Position numbers and translations under genes: made by a program. A stretch of 64,000 nt of DNA from Neoechinorhynchus agilis (lineage: Eukaryota; Animalia; Acanthocephala), in NCBI GenBank assembly GCA_051530055.1, contig CM121342.1:10741480-10805479 (forward strand). The letters are read 5' to 3'. Shown one piece after another: positions 37,400-49,945 of the stretch (position 1 is its first letter; each line of letters opens with the position of its first letter). The notes beneath the pieces are model-generated. The model saw only the letters and a program-made list of their open reading frames with translations, searched no databases and was not told the DNA's origin.

Positions 37400-37870
37400 T
37401 GGAAGATTATATTCGAATAAGCTGTGATCATATCACCAAAGGCGTACCTCAAGGTGCTGTGCTGTCACCATTTCTCCTTAATATTTTCCTAAATGACCTC
37501 AAACCTCTTTCCTCTCACTCTAAACTCTTCTTATGCGCCGACGATATCACCCATTCACCACCCCACTTTTCCCTTTCCTAAAAAATCACATACGTAAAAG
37601 ATTTCTGCAACAATCACGAACTCCACCTGAATTTCTCTAAATACTTCGAATTGATTCCCTCTCTCACGCAACCCCACATCGTTCCCTGAGCTTCTAAGTG
37701 ACATTCTACGAGTTACCTCCCTCAGAATTCTGGGTCTCCAACTTCAATCAAACTTGAAATGTGACTCGCACATCACTCTCTCCCTCAAGCGCAATACTTT
37801 AAAAATTTATCTCTTTAAACGCTTCCGACATTTAGGAATCCCTTCACCCGATCTCTACAAATTATACAAC
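37400..37870 (+). mobile_element. L2/CR1-like LINE RT fragment
   Basis: KGVPQGAVLSPFLLNIFLNDL...CADD, followed by a degenerate thumb region. Confidence 0.8.
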
Positions 37871-37879
37871 AACATTTCT

Positions 37880-38520
37880 TTGAACTTCTCTCTCACTTGA
37901 GAGGTCGTTCTTTTCAGTATTGTCGGCTTTCGTCTTTGTTCTTCTCCTTTCCCAGCGTCTTGAAATCACCGCTCACACTGTACGTTATCCGGTCCCCATG
38001 TATTTCGTTTTGCACTTGCTCATTCTCAATCAGTTGCTCTCTAATCGCTGTCACGTAAATTCTTGAGCGTGTCCACGACCCTAGCTGTGAGCACCAAATC
38101 GTCCGCGAATAGTATCGTCCATGGTGCGTTCATTTCTCTTTCCGCAAACAAGAATGGGCTCAGGGCCGAACCCTATTGCAGACCCACGGAGACTAGGAAA
38201 TAGTCGGTCGTTCTGCTGTGGCATCGCACGCAGGTGTAGCATTCTCGATACATCGCATGGATTGCGGCGATATAATGTTCGGAACAATTCCTTTTCTTGA
38301 GGCATGTCCACACTGTGCAACGGCCGAACCTCTCATGCAGCTGCCTTAGCAGGAATATTGTGTCGATTGTGCTTCTGCCGGGCACGAATCCCCGTTGATC
38401 CTCGCTGATTCGGATCTCCTCGCGAATCCTAGAGGTTTGATCAGTCCACAAGAATGTTCAAACATTACGCCACGGATTCTAACAAGAACAACGCATAACG
38501 AGGAAGCGCCACAGTGCCCG
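37880..38520 (-). mobile_element. RTE-clade LINE RT fragment
   Basis: ISEDQRGFVPGRSTIDTIFLLRQL, FLVSVGL, ALSPFLF and LFADDLV across stops and frameshifts. Confidence 0.8.
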
Positions 38521-38908
38521 ATTAATGTCGCACGTCTTCCGAAAGACCTCTCTGCATGAGTTGTTGTCTGCGATATTTCTGGTCTTTAATGCCAGGAGAC
38601 CATTGAGAAGACAGACGTATTTGTGAACACTTACGTATCGCATTGAACTTAAATGCGGCCTCTATGGGCCAAACACTACTCAAAGTTCCACCCAGATCAT
38701 GGGGTTGAACTTGCAAATTCCGTGAAGTACAAAGCAAGAGACCCATTGGAACTTTCGCTCGCAGAATCATGTCTCATCTCCCAAGATGTGACAGGCGATT
38801 TTGATGGTCGCAAAAGAGAAGACAGCTAACGTGAGACGTTTTATGGTTTTAAATCGAAGGCACGATGATTGGCCACCACACTGGCCTAGATACTACTATC
38901 TTTTTAGG

Positions 38909-39435
38909 TAGTTTTGGAGGACCATGAAAAAGGAATAAAACTCCGAAGTATTCGTTCGAAAATAAAATTGTTTCAATCGCGTATAGTGCTAAAATAACGA
39001 CAATCGAAAAGTTCTACACTCGGTTGAGATATCAGTCGACAATCGACTAACTGATCAACATGCCGTTGACCAAACCGATTCTCGTTGACATAATCAAATA
39101 CACTGCGAACCTTAAAGAGGCTAAAATCGTTGGAACAAGAGAGTAACCTACTCATTGACCTTGATTTAATTTCCTTTCTAGATAGTTTTGGAGGACCATG
39201 AAAAAGGAATAAAACTCCGAAGTATTCGTTCGAAAATAAAATTGTTTCAATCGCGTATAGTGCTAAAATAACGACAATCGAAAAGTTCTACACTAAGTTG
39301 ATAAATCAGTCGACAATCGACCAACTGATCAACATGCGGTTGACCAAACCGATTCTCGTTGACATAATCAAATACACTGCGAACCTACAAGAGGCTAAGA
39401 TCGTTGGAACAAGAGAGTAGCCTATTCATTGACCT
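38909..39435. repeat. Tandem duplication of ~254 bp, period ~274 bp
   Basis: tagttttggaggaccatgaaaaagg...cattgacctt at 38909-39162 and 39183-39435, with few substitutions. Confidence 0.9.
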
Positions 39436-39454
39436 TTATTTAACTTGGGTTCGA

Positions 39455-40430
39455 AAAACATCCACGCCACCGCACTGGATCGCTCACTCGGTTACCTTTC
39501 TGGTGTAGTGATCGAAAATACGGATTTTTTTGCGAGAGGAATGCCCTCAGATCTTCAGTTATTCGTCTTCTCCTCACGCACGCATTTTTCTCTCTCTCGA
39601 GAGGTTGGGGTTCCCTGGACAACCAATTTGTCCTGTTTGATGCAATCCACCCATCGTTTCCTCAGCCTTCCTCGTCCGCGATTTCCCGTTTTTCCAGTTT
39701 CTCCGTGCTGCACAGTATGTGATCTGCTTTGCACTTCGAAAATTTATCGTGCCAGCGCAAACTTCTTTGAACGATCAACTCTGAACAGCGGCAAGTGCCA
39801 ATCAGCTCCCTGATGTCCACATTTCTTTTCTTGTCCTTGAGAGTATACTTTGCTGCTTAGTCGTCCAAGTTTCTGTGCAATATAACATGGCTGGTCGCAC
39901 CACGGTCTCGAACACCAGCCCCTTTAGTTTCTGTGAGATACTTCTGTCGCGTAGTACGCTAGACATCTTACTCTAGTTGAGCCACCCGCTTTGTATACGA
40001 GCAGTTATTTCGGGTTCGAGAGAATTTGTCATATTTACTTAGCTGCCTAGATATTTCACTGTTCTTCTCATCGTCAAATCGATAACTTCTAACTTTAGCG
40101 CTTCCGGTCCCATGCATATAGTGTTAAACCTGTTTACCTTAAGACCGTTGGCTTCCAATGCCTCACGCCAGACTTCGCTGAGCCCCATCGCGTGTTTCAG
40201 CTGTCACAATCAAGTCATCAGCGAACAATAGTGTTCATGAAGGCTCTCGGGCGATTTGCTTAGAACCCAACCCATCCATGATCATGACGAATAGGAACGG
40301 GCTGACGGCTGATTCCTGATGCAATCCAACTGTAACCTCAAAATAGTTTGTCTCTCCCACAATGCATTTGACACAAGTGCAGGATACTTCGTACATGATC
40401 TGGATTGCTCTTAGTTATTCTTTCTGGGGT
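39455..40430 (-). mobile_element. RTE-clade LINE 3' half, decayed
   Basis: VTVGLHQESAVSPFLFVMIMD...LLFADDL. The C-terminal tail motif resembles 61825-61855. Confidence 0.78.
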
Positions 40431-40564
40431 CCTAGTATCTTCGGCAAATTCGAGTAACACTTAAAAGCAATTCTAAAAAAGATTTAAATGTTTCTATTCA
40501 GTTCGAATCTCAATTTTAAGTGTAAAACGGAATGGTAACCTGGAATGCAGTTAATGGCTTATTC

Positions 40565-40757
40565 TTTTATAGCGAATTATAATAATTGATTTATTTGATA
40601 ATTTTTGGCCTTCGTGTAGGTCTTCTTCAGTCTATTGTTTCGCAAGTTTTTTCATAGACGCATTCACAGTTGATAAAACTTGCGAAACAATAGATTGAAG
40701 ACGACCTACGCGAAGGCCGAAAATTATACAAAAAAATTCTTACAATTCGCTATAAAA
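40565..40757. mobile_element. Fold-back/MITE-like element with long inverted arms
   Basis: ataatttttggccttcgtgtaggtcttcttcagtctattgtttcgcaagtttt versus aaaacttgcgaaacaatagattgaagacgacctacgcgaaggccgaaaattat, plus outer ttttatagcgaatt/aattcgctataaaa. Confidence 0.8.
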
Positions 40758-40848
40758 AAGTAAATGATGGACATCTTTACGGTAAGTGGTTTGTGTTTAA
40801 ACCATTGCGTCTTTCCAAACCCATCTTTTACACGAGAGCTAAATCTTC

Positions 40849-41124
40849 TTAATCTTCAGACTCGTATTCATCATCGACTGGTTTCATCTTCTCGCTTATC
40901 TCGATCTTTAACTGTTTGGCGAAAGCAACACTTCTAGCCGGAAACTCACTCAGGCGACGTGCTATATCACTCGCAAATGCCGATCCAAAACTAGCAGTTC
41001 GGCCGAGTTGAACCACGGCGTCATCGATTATTTCCATTTTATCGCTGGAAAGAAGTTTACGACTGAATAGTCCGCAAATTCCCCTTGAAAAATGAATTGT
41101 ATCTCGCAAGCGATTGGAAAGCAT
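40849..41124 (-). CDS. Hypothetical 91-aa protein, head-to-head with RPL17; N-terminus resembles a mitochondrial presequence
   Basis: ATG-initiated ORF, R/S/L-rich N-terminus, acidic tail. No recognised domain. Confidence 0.4.
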   Translation of the reverse strand: MLSNRLRDTIHFSRGICGLFSRKLLSSDKMEIIDDAVVQLGRTASFGSAFASDIARRLSEFPARSVAFAKQLKIEISEKMKPVDDEYESED

Positions 41125-41324
41125 TGAGATGGAGGGAGAGATCGAATGATAAAAACCGCTGGAAGGAACAAATATGCGTCGGCAGAGTTACTCATCTTTC
41201 CTCCATGATTCACCGAACGAGTCAATTTAAAAAGATTGTGACGTTTCAATGTACGTCATCAGCGTTATTCTTCTGTATTTTGTGGAAAGAGAGTGCTTTC
41301 TCGTCGTGCCTTGCTCTTCAACTG

Positions 41325-41897
41325 ATGCATTATTCCCGGAAACCCTCAGACCCGGCGAAGACATGCCGAGCCCGTGGATCGAATCTTCGTGTTCATTTCA
41401 AAAATACGGTTGAGACGGCCAGAGCTATAAAAAAGATGTCACTGGTACGAGCCAAGCGGTATTTGAACAATGTTCTTGAAAAGAAAGAGATTGTTCCGTT
41501 CAAGCATTTCACCGGCGGAATCGGTCGAAAAGCTCAAGCAAAGCAGTTTAACTGGAGTCAAGGAAGATGGCCCGCGAAATCAGCCAAATTTTTGCTGGAT
41601 CTTCTTCAGAATGCCGAGTCGAATGCAGAGTTTAAAGGATTGGACGTTGACCGACTTCATGTGGAGCACGTTCTCGTCAATCCCGCACCGAAAATGAGAC
41701 GACGAATGTACCGGGCTCATGGACGGATTAACCCGTTTAAATCCAGTCCAAGCCATATTGAACTTATTTTGGTTGAGACCGACGATGCAGTCCCGATGCC
41801 AATCGGTGGAGCTGGAGCAGAGTCTCAAGTGAAAAAGGTTTCAAAAAAGAAACTAAAAAGACAAAAAATGATGGCTGCCGCCAGAAATGAATTGTGA
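41325..41897 (+). CDS. RPL17: 60S ribosomal protein L17 (uL22), intronless
   Basis: [29 protein letters not shown] and [11 protein letters not shown] pyrimidine-rich TOP-like tract (ctttctc...ctcttc) lies just upstream. Confidence 0.95.
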   Translation: MHYSRKPSDPAKTCRARGSNLRVHFKNTVETARAIKKMSLVRAKRYLNNVLEKKEIVPFKHFTGGIGRKAQAKQFNWSQGRWPAKSAKFLLDLLQNAESNAEFKGLDVDRLHVEHVLVNPAPKMRRRMYRAHGRINPFKSSPSHIELILVETDDAVPMPIGGAGAESQVKKVSKKKLKRQKMMAAARNEL

Positions 41898-42429
41898 TCG
41901 CGATAAGAAGACATTGTTGGTTCGGTTGACGGGGCTTACTGCATAAATATATTAGCTTTCAAAATATTTTGGTTAATCAGCTTATCATAAGGTGTTTATA
42001 GGTGAAACCTTGGCACTCTTAACGTTTTCTAATTTTATATGTTTTTTCCAAAATTTTAACGAAGATGATAAAAAAACGCCACACTAAAAATTGAGGTTTT
42101 ATAGATGGCCGTTTGGTTGGGGTTTCAAGTTTGGCTATAAACTCTCCCATGCTGAACAACCGGCCAATCTCAGTACAGCTGGGAGTTTTTTTACTTTTAT
42201 CTGTGAGTATTTGATTTGACATTGCTGATGTGTTTTTGGCTCAAGGTTTTACGGCCGTATGCTCTTCCTGACGCTAACCATCCCCATTTACCCGGGCTTG
42301 GGACCGAATCACCCATCTATGAGTATCGATTTATAATCCATATTTCACCATCATTTTAAGCTTTATTGATCTAATGAACTTCTCATTTCTGGGTCAAACA
42401 TTAATTTCTTCCCAGAAATGCTTCTGATT

Positions 42430-42970
42430 TCGGATCGCCAGTGATTCGTCCCAATCTCTTAGACAATTGATTGACCAGGTCTTGGGCCGCGGTACCAAAC
42501 GATCCGAGCGTCTCGACGCCAAAGGGAACGAAATAATGATTTCGATTCAGGTCCCTGTATCTTGCCTTTTTGCGTTCCTCAGAAGCGGTTGCTGCTCCCC
42601 CTGGTGGTGAAGAAAAATTAAAATGATTTTTATTTTAAATTTTAAAACGTACAAGCAACCTTGCTTATAAAAAAAGAGCGTACAATCTTGTGTACGCATC
42701 GCCGAAACCAATCGGATTTTAAAATAAAATTTATTGGCTGCGAATAGCGTCCCAGAGAGAGCAAACGCTTTTTTACCATGGAATACAGTGACCATTGACA
42801 CCGGAATCTTCACACCGAAGACTAAAAACCATCAAGAAAACCTGTAATCTTCGCCAAGAAAGCATCCATGAACGCTTCGTCCCAGAGAAGGCATTTGCCT
42901 TCTATCCACTGGTACTGTCCAGTCTACGGAGGCCATCGAGTCCGCAAACATTGCTCGGCTCAGGATGTTG
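42430..42970 (-). mobile_element. CRE-like RLE fragments interrupted by a deleted copy of the palindromic MITE (42612-42735)
   Basis: IPW...LWDA | MITE | PGGAATASEERK...RY...FVPFGVETLGSFGTAAQDLVNQLSKRL. A second piece WIEGKCLLWD lies at ~42850-42960. Confidence 0.8.
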
Positions 42971-43431
42971 GGCACTTTTAAGAGTATTAAGAGCACGACT
43001 ACGAGAATTGCGTTCATTTCTTAGTGTTTTACTTTTCGCCGGCTGATTGCTGATACACTAGACCATGGCGTCCCGATGGATTCATGCAAAGGCGGTGGGG
43101 ATACTGCGATCAGTTTGAAAGAAGACGAATTAAATTGGATCATTGAATAGTATTTCCAAAAACCGTCATAAATGCGAAGAATGCGACATTTTTGTAAGAA
43201 TTTTCATTCGCTCTGACGAATCAGCGATGCGTTCGCTTCTTTGATAACGATGTCTCCAACAGCCTTCAAAGTTCATGAGCAACTTTGCAACGCAATTATT
43301 TTCCTATTTAACGGAGCGCTCGATTTTTGTTATTACCTTGTACTCGTAGGATTTTATTGACGTTGAAAAACATTTGTACGACGAACTCTTTTCATTTGTG
43401 CTCTCTCACAATACTCACCGAAGAAAAGCTA

Positions 43432-43681
43432 TTTTCTCAATCGCGATTTACTAGGACCGAAGCAGCGCTGACGTCATAGAATACGTCTCAGCGGTTAGTT
43501 ATAAGCATCAGAGAAAATGATTTTTCAATAGAGATCGTTGAATTTAGTAATCCCAGGATTCGCATTTTTCTCAATCGCGATTTACTGGGACCGAAGCAGC
43601 GCTGACGTCATAGAATACGTCTCAGCGGTTAGTTATAAGCGTCCGAGAAATTGATTTTTCAATAGAGATTGCAGAATTTAG
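43432..43681. repeat. ~115-bp direct repeat, period 134 bp, each copy containing TGACGTCA
   Basis: ttttctcaatcgcgatttact...gctgacgtcatagaatacgtctcagc...tttttcaatagagat at 43432 and 43566. Confidence 0.85.
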
Positions 43682-44297
43682 GCGGTACCACGAAATTTAT
43701 CAAGTCCAGGTTTTCAATTTTTGGTCAACTGATTTAGTGATGATGAATATCAAACTTAAGGTCTTAAGTTCTTTCGAACTTCGTGCTCATTCGAAAAAAT
43801 CGTAAGCTCTGAGCACTTAATTTTCTCGTGGATTCCCCTGTGACGTTTTCTGCGTCAGAGTTTGCTCACGTAGAGCACTTTTATAAGAGTCATTTGAAAT
43901 CATTTGTTGTCTAGGTGAAAAGAAGACAATGGATAGGTTGACTTTTTTGCCCTATTGATGATAGAAAAAACGTAATTTTTAACGGCACTTATTTTCGCCT
44001 TTTTTTAATGACGTCGCTCATTATCGGGAATTCACAGAGATCAATAAGCTCCGTTTGAAAATTTAGCCATAACCATGAAAAGCACTCGATTTCAGGTTTT
44101 TTGAAATTGAGATTCTATTTACCGACCAAATAGTAATCTTCAAACCATCGACAAAAAAATTCTATTTAGCTTAAAATGAACGTAATAGCTGACATATAGA
44201 TTGTTTTTCTAAATGTTTAGCAAAATCCACACAATATTTATCAATAATCTCGACCTTCACCGCTTTTTTGATTTGTAATCGGAACTAAATCCGAGCC

Positions 44298-44311
44298 GTT
44301 TCCATGGCAAC
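44298..44311. promoter_or_regulatory. RFX X-box motif
   Basis: GTTTCCATGGCAAC matches the X-box consensus. Confidence 0.5.
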
Positions 44312-44487
44312 CACTAAGCGCATGACTTTTCTGAATTTATTTTTTATAACGTTTATTGTAGACTTTCAATCGATTTAAAGATCGTATTTTTAATCTAGAA
44401 CATAATTCGAAAAATACATTATCAGTGAATCTTTAGTTAAGGACCTTTAACCATCCTCCAAATTATTTTTGACAATAAATCCGAGCC

Positions 44488-44501
44488 GTTTCCATGGTAA
44501 C
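44488..44501. promoter_or_regulatory. RFX X-box motif (second copy)
   Basis: GTTTCCATGGTAAC, with the same taaatccgagcc flank, 190 bp after the first. Confidence 0.5.
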
Positions 44502-44685
44502 CATCTACGGAACTGACAGCCGACGTCTCTTTTTGGACGACATTGAACCGTCGTCTTTTACGTTTTAGATTAGTTTTTGATCGCGATAGCGATATTGTAC
44601 TTGTGATTTATACGCCACTGATTCGCAACCCCGGTTAAAGTTAACAGCTTTAATGACTGCAACTAAAACTCATAGATTTTTGCTG

Positions 44686-45340
44686 ATGGATAATTCCTCA
44701 GATCCCGTTATTCATAACGATGACGATAGTCCTCCGGAACGTCGGAAACCGCCCAACGCATCCCCCAATATTCTTCTGTTCTCTTTGGCTAAAAGAGAAG
44801 AGACGAAATACAGAGAACGGCGGTGGCACGGACGACTTTTTGTGCAACATTTGCCTCGATATTGCCCACGAAGCCGTCGTCTCGTTTTGCGGACACATGT
44901 TCTGTTGGCCGTGTTTGTCCCAATGGTTTGACACTCGTCCCAACAACCAAACATGCCCCGTTTGTAAGAATCCCTTGACCAGTGAGAAGGTAGTTCCGAT
45001 ATATGGAAAGAACAGTGACCGGGTCGATCCACGGACCGTGACACGACCGCGTCCATCAGCTCAAAGATCAACAAACTCTGGTGTCGCTCATCATCGACGG
45101 GATAACGGATTCTTAGTAGACGCCGCTGGGTTTCAAATGTCTTTTGGAATCGGAGCATTTCCTATTGGACTCTTCTCAACCACTTTTAATTTCGGACGAA
45201 ACACTGGAGAGCAGGAATCTAACCGCGCCGATCGAAATGTAGGATTTGCAGGACTCTTTGGTCCTGATGATAATACAACTGCATCCAGAATTTATTTCCT
45301 TTTGGCTATTATAATAATCACCTGGATATTGCTCTTCTGA
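44686..45340 (+). CDS. RNF185: RNF5/RNF185-like ER-membrane RING E3 ligase
   Basis: CNICLDIAHEAVVSFCGHMFCWPCLSQW...CPVCK, PIYG, DPR...PRP, FQMSFGIGAFP and a C-terminal TM segment. 55-bp intron at 44741..44795. Confidence 0.88.
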
Positions 45341-48167
45341 CTCACTGGAAAAGAATTCAAAATAGATCGAGCGTGTGTTAAATCTATCCTGACCACCGGG
45401 CGTACTGAATAAATACTAGTTTTATGGAACAATGAACAGGAAGGTTTATTTATTTCGTCGCTCTACTCCATAGGATCCATTTAGAAAAGTTTTAATTGGA
45501 AAACAATTTGAAGAATGGGAATTTATATGACACAGTCAGTCATTTTTAGCGTGATTAGACGAATAAATGACGGCGGATTTGCCTTATAACAGTCCTTCGG
45601 AGGAAATGTCATGGGTTTTTTAATCGGTCGTCATAAACATTTTCAGTTGTTCCCTAGAAGATCTCCACATTCGCAGAAGAGATGGAAATGTTTTCGCTTG
45701 AAGGAAAACATTCGTAATCATCCGTGTAACGAGTGGATTGTGTTGCTCAAGGGACGAATCGAGGCGCAAATTATTAACGAGGCATCAAAAGCGGTATTAG
45801 TCCTTTGGGAGATTTGAAAGGGACAACGGAGAGCTTGACGGTTTCTAAAACAACAATTACTACTGATACTCCTTGCTCTGGATTATTGATGAGCGATATA
45901 TAATGAACTGAAAGCTTTTAAAAACACATACCCGAGATTGCTTCCTCGGGCTCTTTTGCTTGCCGCTCCGCTTTTGTTCGCATGGTGGCACTGATACCCA
46001 TTCTGTGGTTGATTCAATTAGCCAAGAATTAGAGGGATAGTGCGTCGGAGTTGGAGGAAGGGTACGAGAGCAAAAGTGGTTTATGATTATTCCGAGATGA
46101 CAAAGAACTTCTCCATCTCCATTGGGATTAATCCATTACATGTGAAGCCACCGTTGTCGATTGCCCCCGCCCCTTGTGTGTGTTTGCAATCTTCATTCGC
46201 CGTCGCTTATTAGCTTTGCTTTATTCTGACCCACAACAAAGACCGACGCGAAATTCCATCTCACGAGCTGTCATCATCTATCCAGTTGAGAAGCCCTATA
46301 CACCCGAAAAACTAGAAACTACACCGACTACAATGTATCTAGCCAAATAGAAACAAATCGGTTCCTGTTTTGTCTTGTTATAATCATCATCATGAGACGT
46401 GAGTATATTACTTTTTCGAGTGGCTCAACGCGAAAACGTATAGGAGGAGGAATGTCTAAGCAGCCAAGACAAAAAAGAGCCGAAATCCAACGACTTAGCA
46501 GTATTTCGAACCTCAGAACCAAGCAATTGGCCGGATCCGTTCTGTCCAAAAATGCGTATGCACAACAGGAAGCTGAGCGCATCGAGCATTTCGATATCGA
46601 ACTTCGACCTACTAAACTCCATGAGCTTAAAATGGGCGAAGTAGTTGCTGGAAACGAAAGGTTCGTAGCGGCTAAGCACACACATACACTCAATACTTAA
46701 TGGATTTTAAAAACTTTCACCTTATCTACTCATACGAAATAAAGTCTTCACACAATGCCACGGGGACTCTTAAGATTTTTCGTAAGCAAAGTAGAAAAAA
46801 GACACAAATCAAGATCGACGAATTTCTAAAAAAAATGCTCACTTTCTTCGTGAAGTACTTTTATAGTTACGAACGGTATGTAAAGAATTTACTTCGGAAA
46901 ATCCCTGAGGAAAAACGCGCACCACATCTATTTTACGTATCGTTTTATCTCATGACAAGTGCAGGTAATTGGAAGACTGAGACATTGATTGCGCTACTTT
47001 TAGAGAAAACCTTTTTGAAGAAAGCATTTCTTGCGCTTGTCAGAAATTAGGATTTAATTTTGGTAAGAGCACTGCTTCCTGACGAATGTATTACATTTTT
47101 ACCGGAGTTTTGGTCTCACTCAAAGTAGCAATCGTTAAAAAAAGGATCGTTGTTACCATGGGCCAATATAATTATTTGCTTCATTAAATAATAAACAAAA
47201 TTGAATTATGAGTATCCTTAAACAACTAAATAGCTTCTCATTTTTACTCGTTCTCGACGAATTCTGCAAAGACGATGAATCACAGACAGTATCGGTGAGT
47301 TCGTAGCCATTTGGTTTTTTACTTGAGCGTGGGCATCGAAATAAATGTAATCGACAAAATTCCCTTCAGAAACCAAAAATTATGAACAAAGACCGAACTC
47401 CTATTTCTCTCCTCAGGACTCCCTAGATTAAAGCAAGATCGATTCGTACGTTTAATCCCACTGAGGTGCCATTCAAAATTAGTTCTCAAGTTCGTGCGCC
47501 TGAAATCTGATCCGTCGCCGCCATTTCCAAAGACGTTCGCAATGATTAATGCCACGCGCTTTTTATATATTAAAGATCTTACTCGTTCAATCCTGTCGCG
47601 GTGTTTTTGTTGGATCTCGCTTCCTCTCTCATTATCTGCCCGGGAAGTTTTAATTATTCAACTTATTTGACCAAACATGCCTGACTTTTCGATATATACA
47701 CACACCAAATTTCTGCTCCAAAAGACGTCTCTCCCGCAAACGCCTCTGTCTTAATCAACGCAATCTTGTGAACCGTAAATTTTTATGCCCACTATCAAAT
47801 GGCTTATTGTATTTGTGTGGTGCGTGGAAAAAAGAAATCTCGAATGCCTCGTCGAAATCTCCAACTTCATCTGCACCAACAAACTTCCAATCTTCGAAGA
47901 CCTACTGATCACTCGTTCAGCAGCCATTTACAAAGACTGAGAAAAAGTTTCCCTCGAAAACAAGTGCTTTCACCGTCCGCACACTCGTCGATTTTCCGAA
48001 GATACTCGTCGCTTGAGAATAATGTCCCTCTCGCAAACATTGTCGCTGACACTTTTGATCAGGATGATAGGTACGGTTCTTTTTTTCTAAATAATTTCCA
48101 TACAAATCGCCTTTATTCGTAATTGATCGCTCCAATTATTTTTCTCCTTTTCTCGAAACTATTTAGT

Positions 48168-49408
48168 ATGGTTGCCGGATTTTTGGACGCAATATCCAAG
48201 GTCAGGCAACTGAGCTTCAACGACGATGACGATCTCTACGATCGCCTTAGTAGGCGGTACACAGTGGTAATGCTGACTCTGTTTGCCGTGATTATATCCA
48301 CTAAACAATACGTCGGTGATCCGATAGCTTGTTGGACTCCAGCTCAATTCACTGGCGCCCACGTCGAGTATACAAACTACATTTGTTGGATATCTAACAA
48401 ATATTATGTGGATTTTAAGCGCAGATTGCCCGGACGAGAAGAAATCCGAGAACATAAAATCGCATACTACCAATGGGTTCCTTTCATTCTGCTGACAATG
48501 ATGCTTTTCTTTTACGTCCCTAACACAATATGGAAGTTTCTGGCGGTTCAAAGCGGATTCGACATTGCAAGTTGGGTTAAGTTGCTGAATAGCATGGAAG
48601 CTTTACATCCATTGGCTAGACAAAAAACCGTTAGACATGTCGCGAACCTCATTCTGAGGAGCCTGTACTCAACTGGATCGGAATCGAATCTATACAAAGT
48701 GACTTCAAGAGTACGAGGAAGTGTATCGATGAAATCGGTCATCAACGATATTCCGCACCCTAAAAATCATTACTTAATAACCGTTAATTAAACCACGGAT
48801 TCTTTAGATGATTTTAGCCTTTAGCATAGAATCGCGTGGCGTACGTAATAAAGATCCTTTATATTGGGAACGTGATTGGTCAACTATACCTTCTTCAATA
48901 CTTTATCGATGAACGCTACGGTACTTACGGCATAGATGTTGTTCAGCGTGTTGTAAAAGGCGGAGATTGGGAATTGAAAGTTCGATTTCCTCGCGTAACG
49001 TACTGTGATTTCACCATCCGGAATATGGGCGACAATATGCACCAACATACGGTCCAATGCGTTCTACCGATCAATTTGTTCAATGAAAAGATCTTCATTA
49101 TAATCTGGTTCTGGTATGCTTTTATTCTCATCGCATCCTGCTTCGGATTCTTCAAGTTCATTTGGCTTCTGCTTCCATGGAATCGGTACAAGTACATGAG
49201 TCGCCTCTTGTCCGTGATCCGCAAAAACAAATTCGATCTGGCACACACCAAACATCTCCAGACGTTCACTGACTCGTATTTGGGAAAAGAAGGATTTCTA
49301 CTTATTCGCCTTGTAACGATCAATACCAACGATTTGACTGGAGGAGAAGTGGCCTCAGTTTTGTGGGATAACTTTTGGAAAACGGACGAAAATAAAACGA
49401 ATGTATAG
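48168..49408 (+). CDS. Innexin (gap-junction channel)
   Basis: DRLSRRYT, QYVGDPIACW, CWISN, YYQWVPF, RFPRVTYCDF and QCVLPINLFNEKIF. 47-bp intron at 48783..48829. Confidence 0.95.
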
Positions 49409-49945
49409 TTGAGGTTTACTCAAAGGGGCGATCTTTTTAAAATAAAGAACGTTTTCTTGTTACAAAACGAAGGTTATCTCGTAAATGTTAAAGTCCAAAA
49501 ATTCACTATGGAACGAAAACCCTTTTCATAAAGAATATGTCAATAAAATTTGAAAAAAGAAGGAAATTACGGGAAAAAGTAAAATTTATAACGATCTTTC
49601 GGTAGTTTTGCCAACCCTCAGATTTAAATTGACTAATTTATTACCGCTGGGGGAGCTCAAGTGGACAAAGGCGCAACCGTTGCCCGAACTTATGTAGTCC
49701 ACAGGATAACACTTCGATAAAGAATCTATTTTTTCTATGCAAACATTTGGAATTGTTTTTTACCGCCTTGAGCTTTAAATTATTTTTGTAATTAGTTTTT
49801 CTATTATTTGTCGATTCAATAAATATGGAAAATCAAGCAAATATGTACTATTGAGAAAACACAAACACAATGTTATTTCCCGTCTCAAAAGCGCAACGTG
49901 AATGATGCAAACTGAGATCATATCACTCCCATAAAAGTAATATCG

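Noticed and set aside
46392-47050. Two abutting plus-strand ORFs (102 and 116 aa)
   Set aside because: No recognisable motifs, the second has AT-driven composition, and they cannot be supported as genes.
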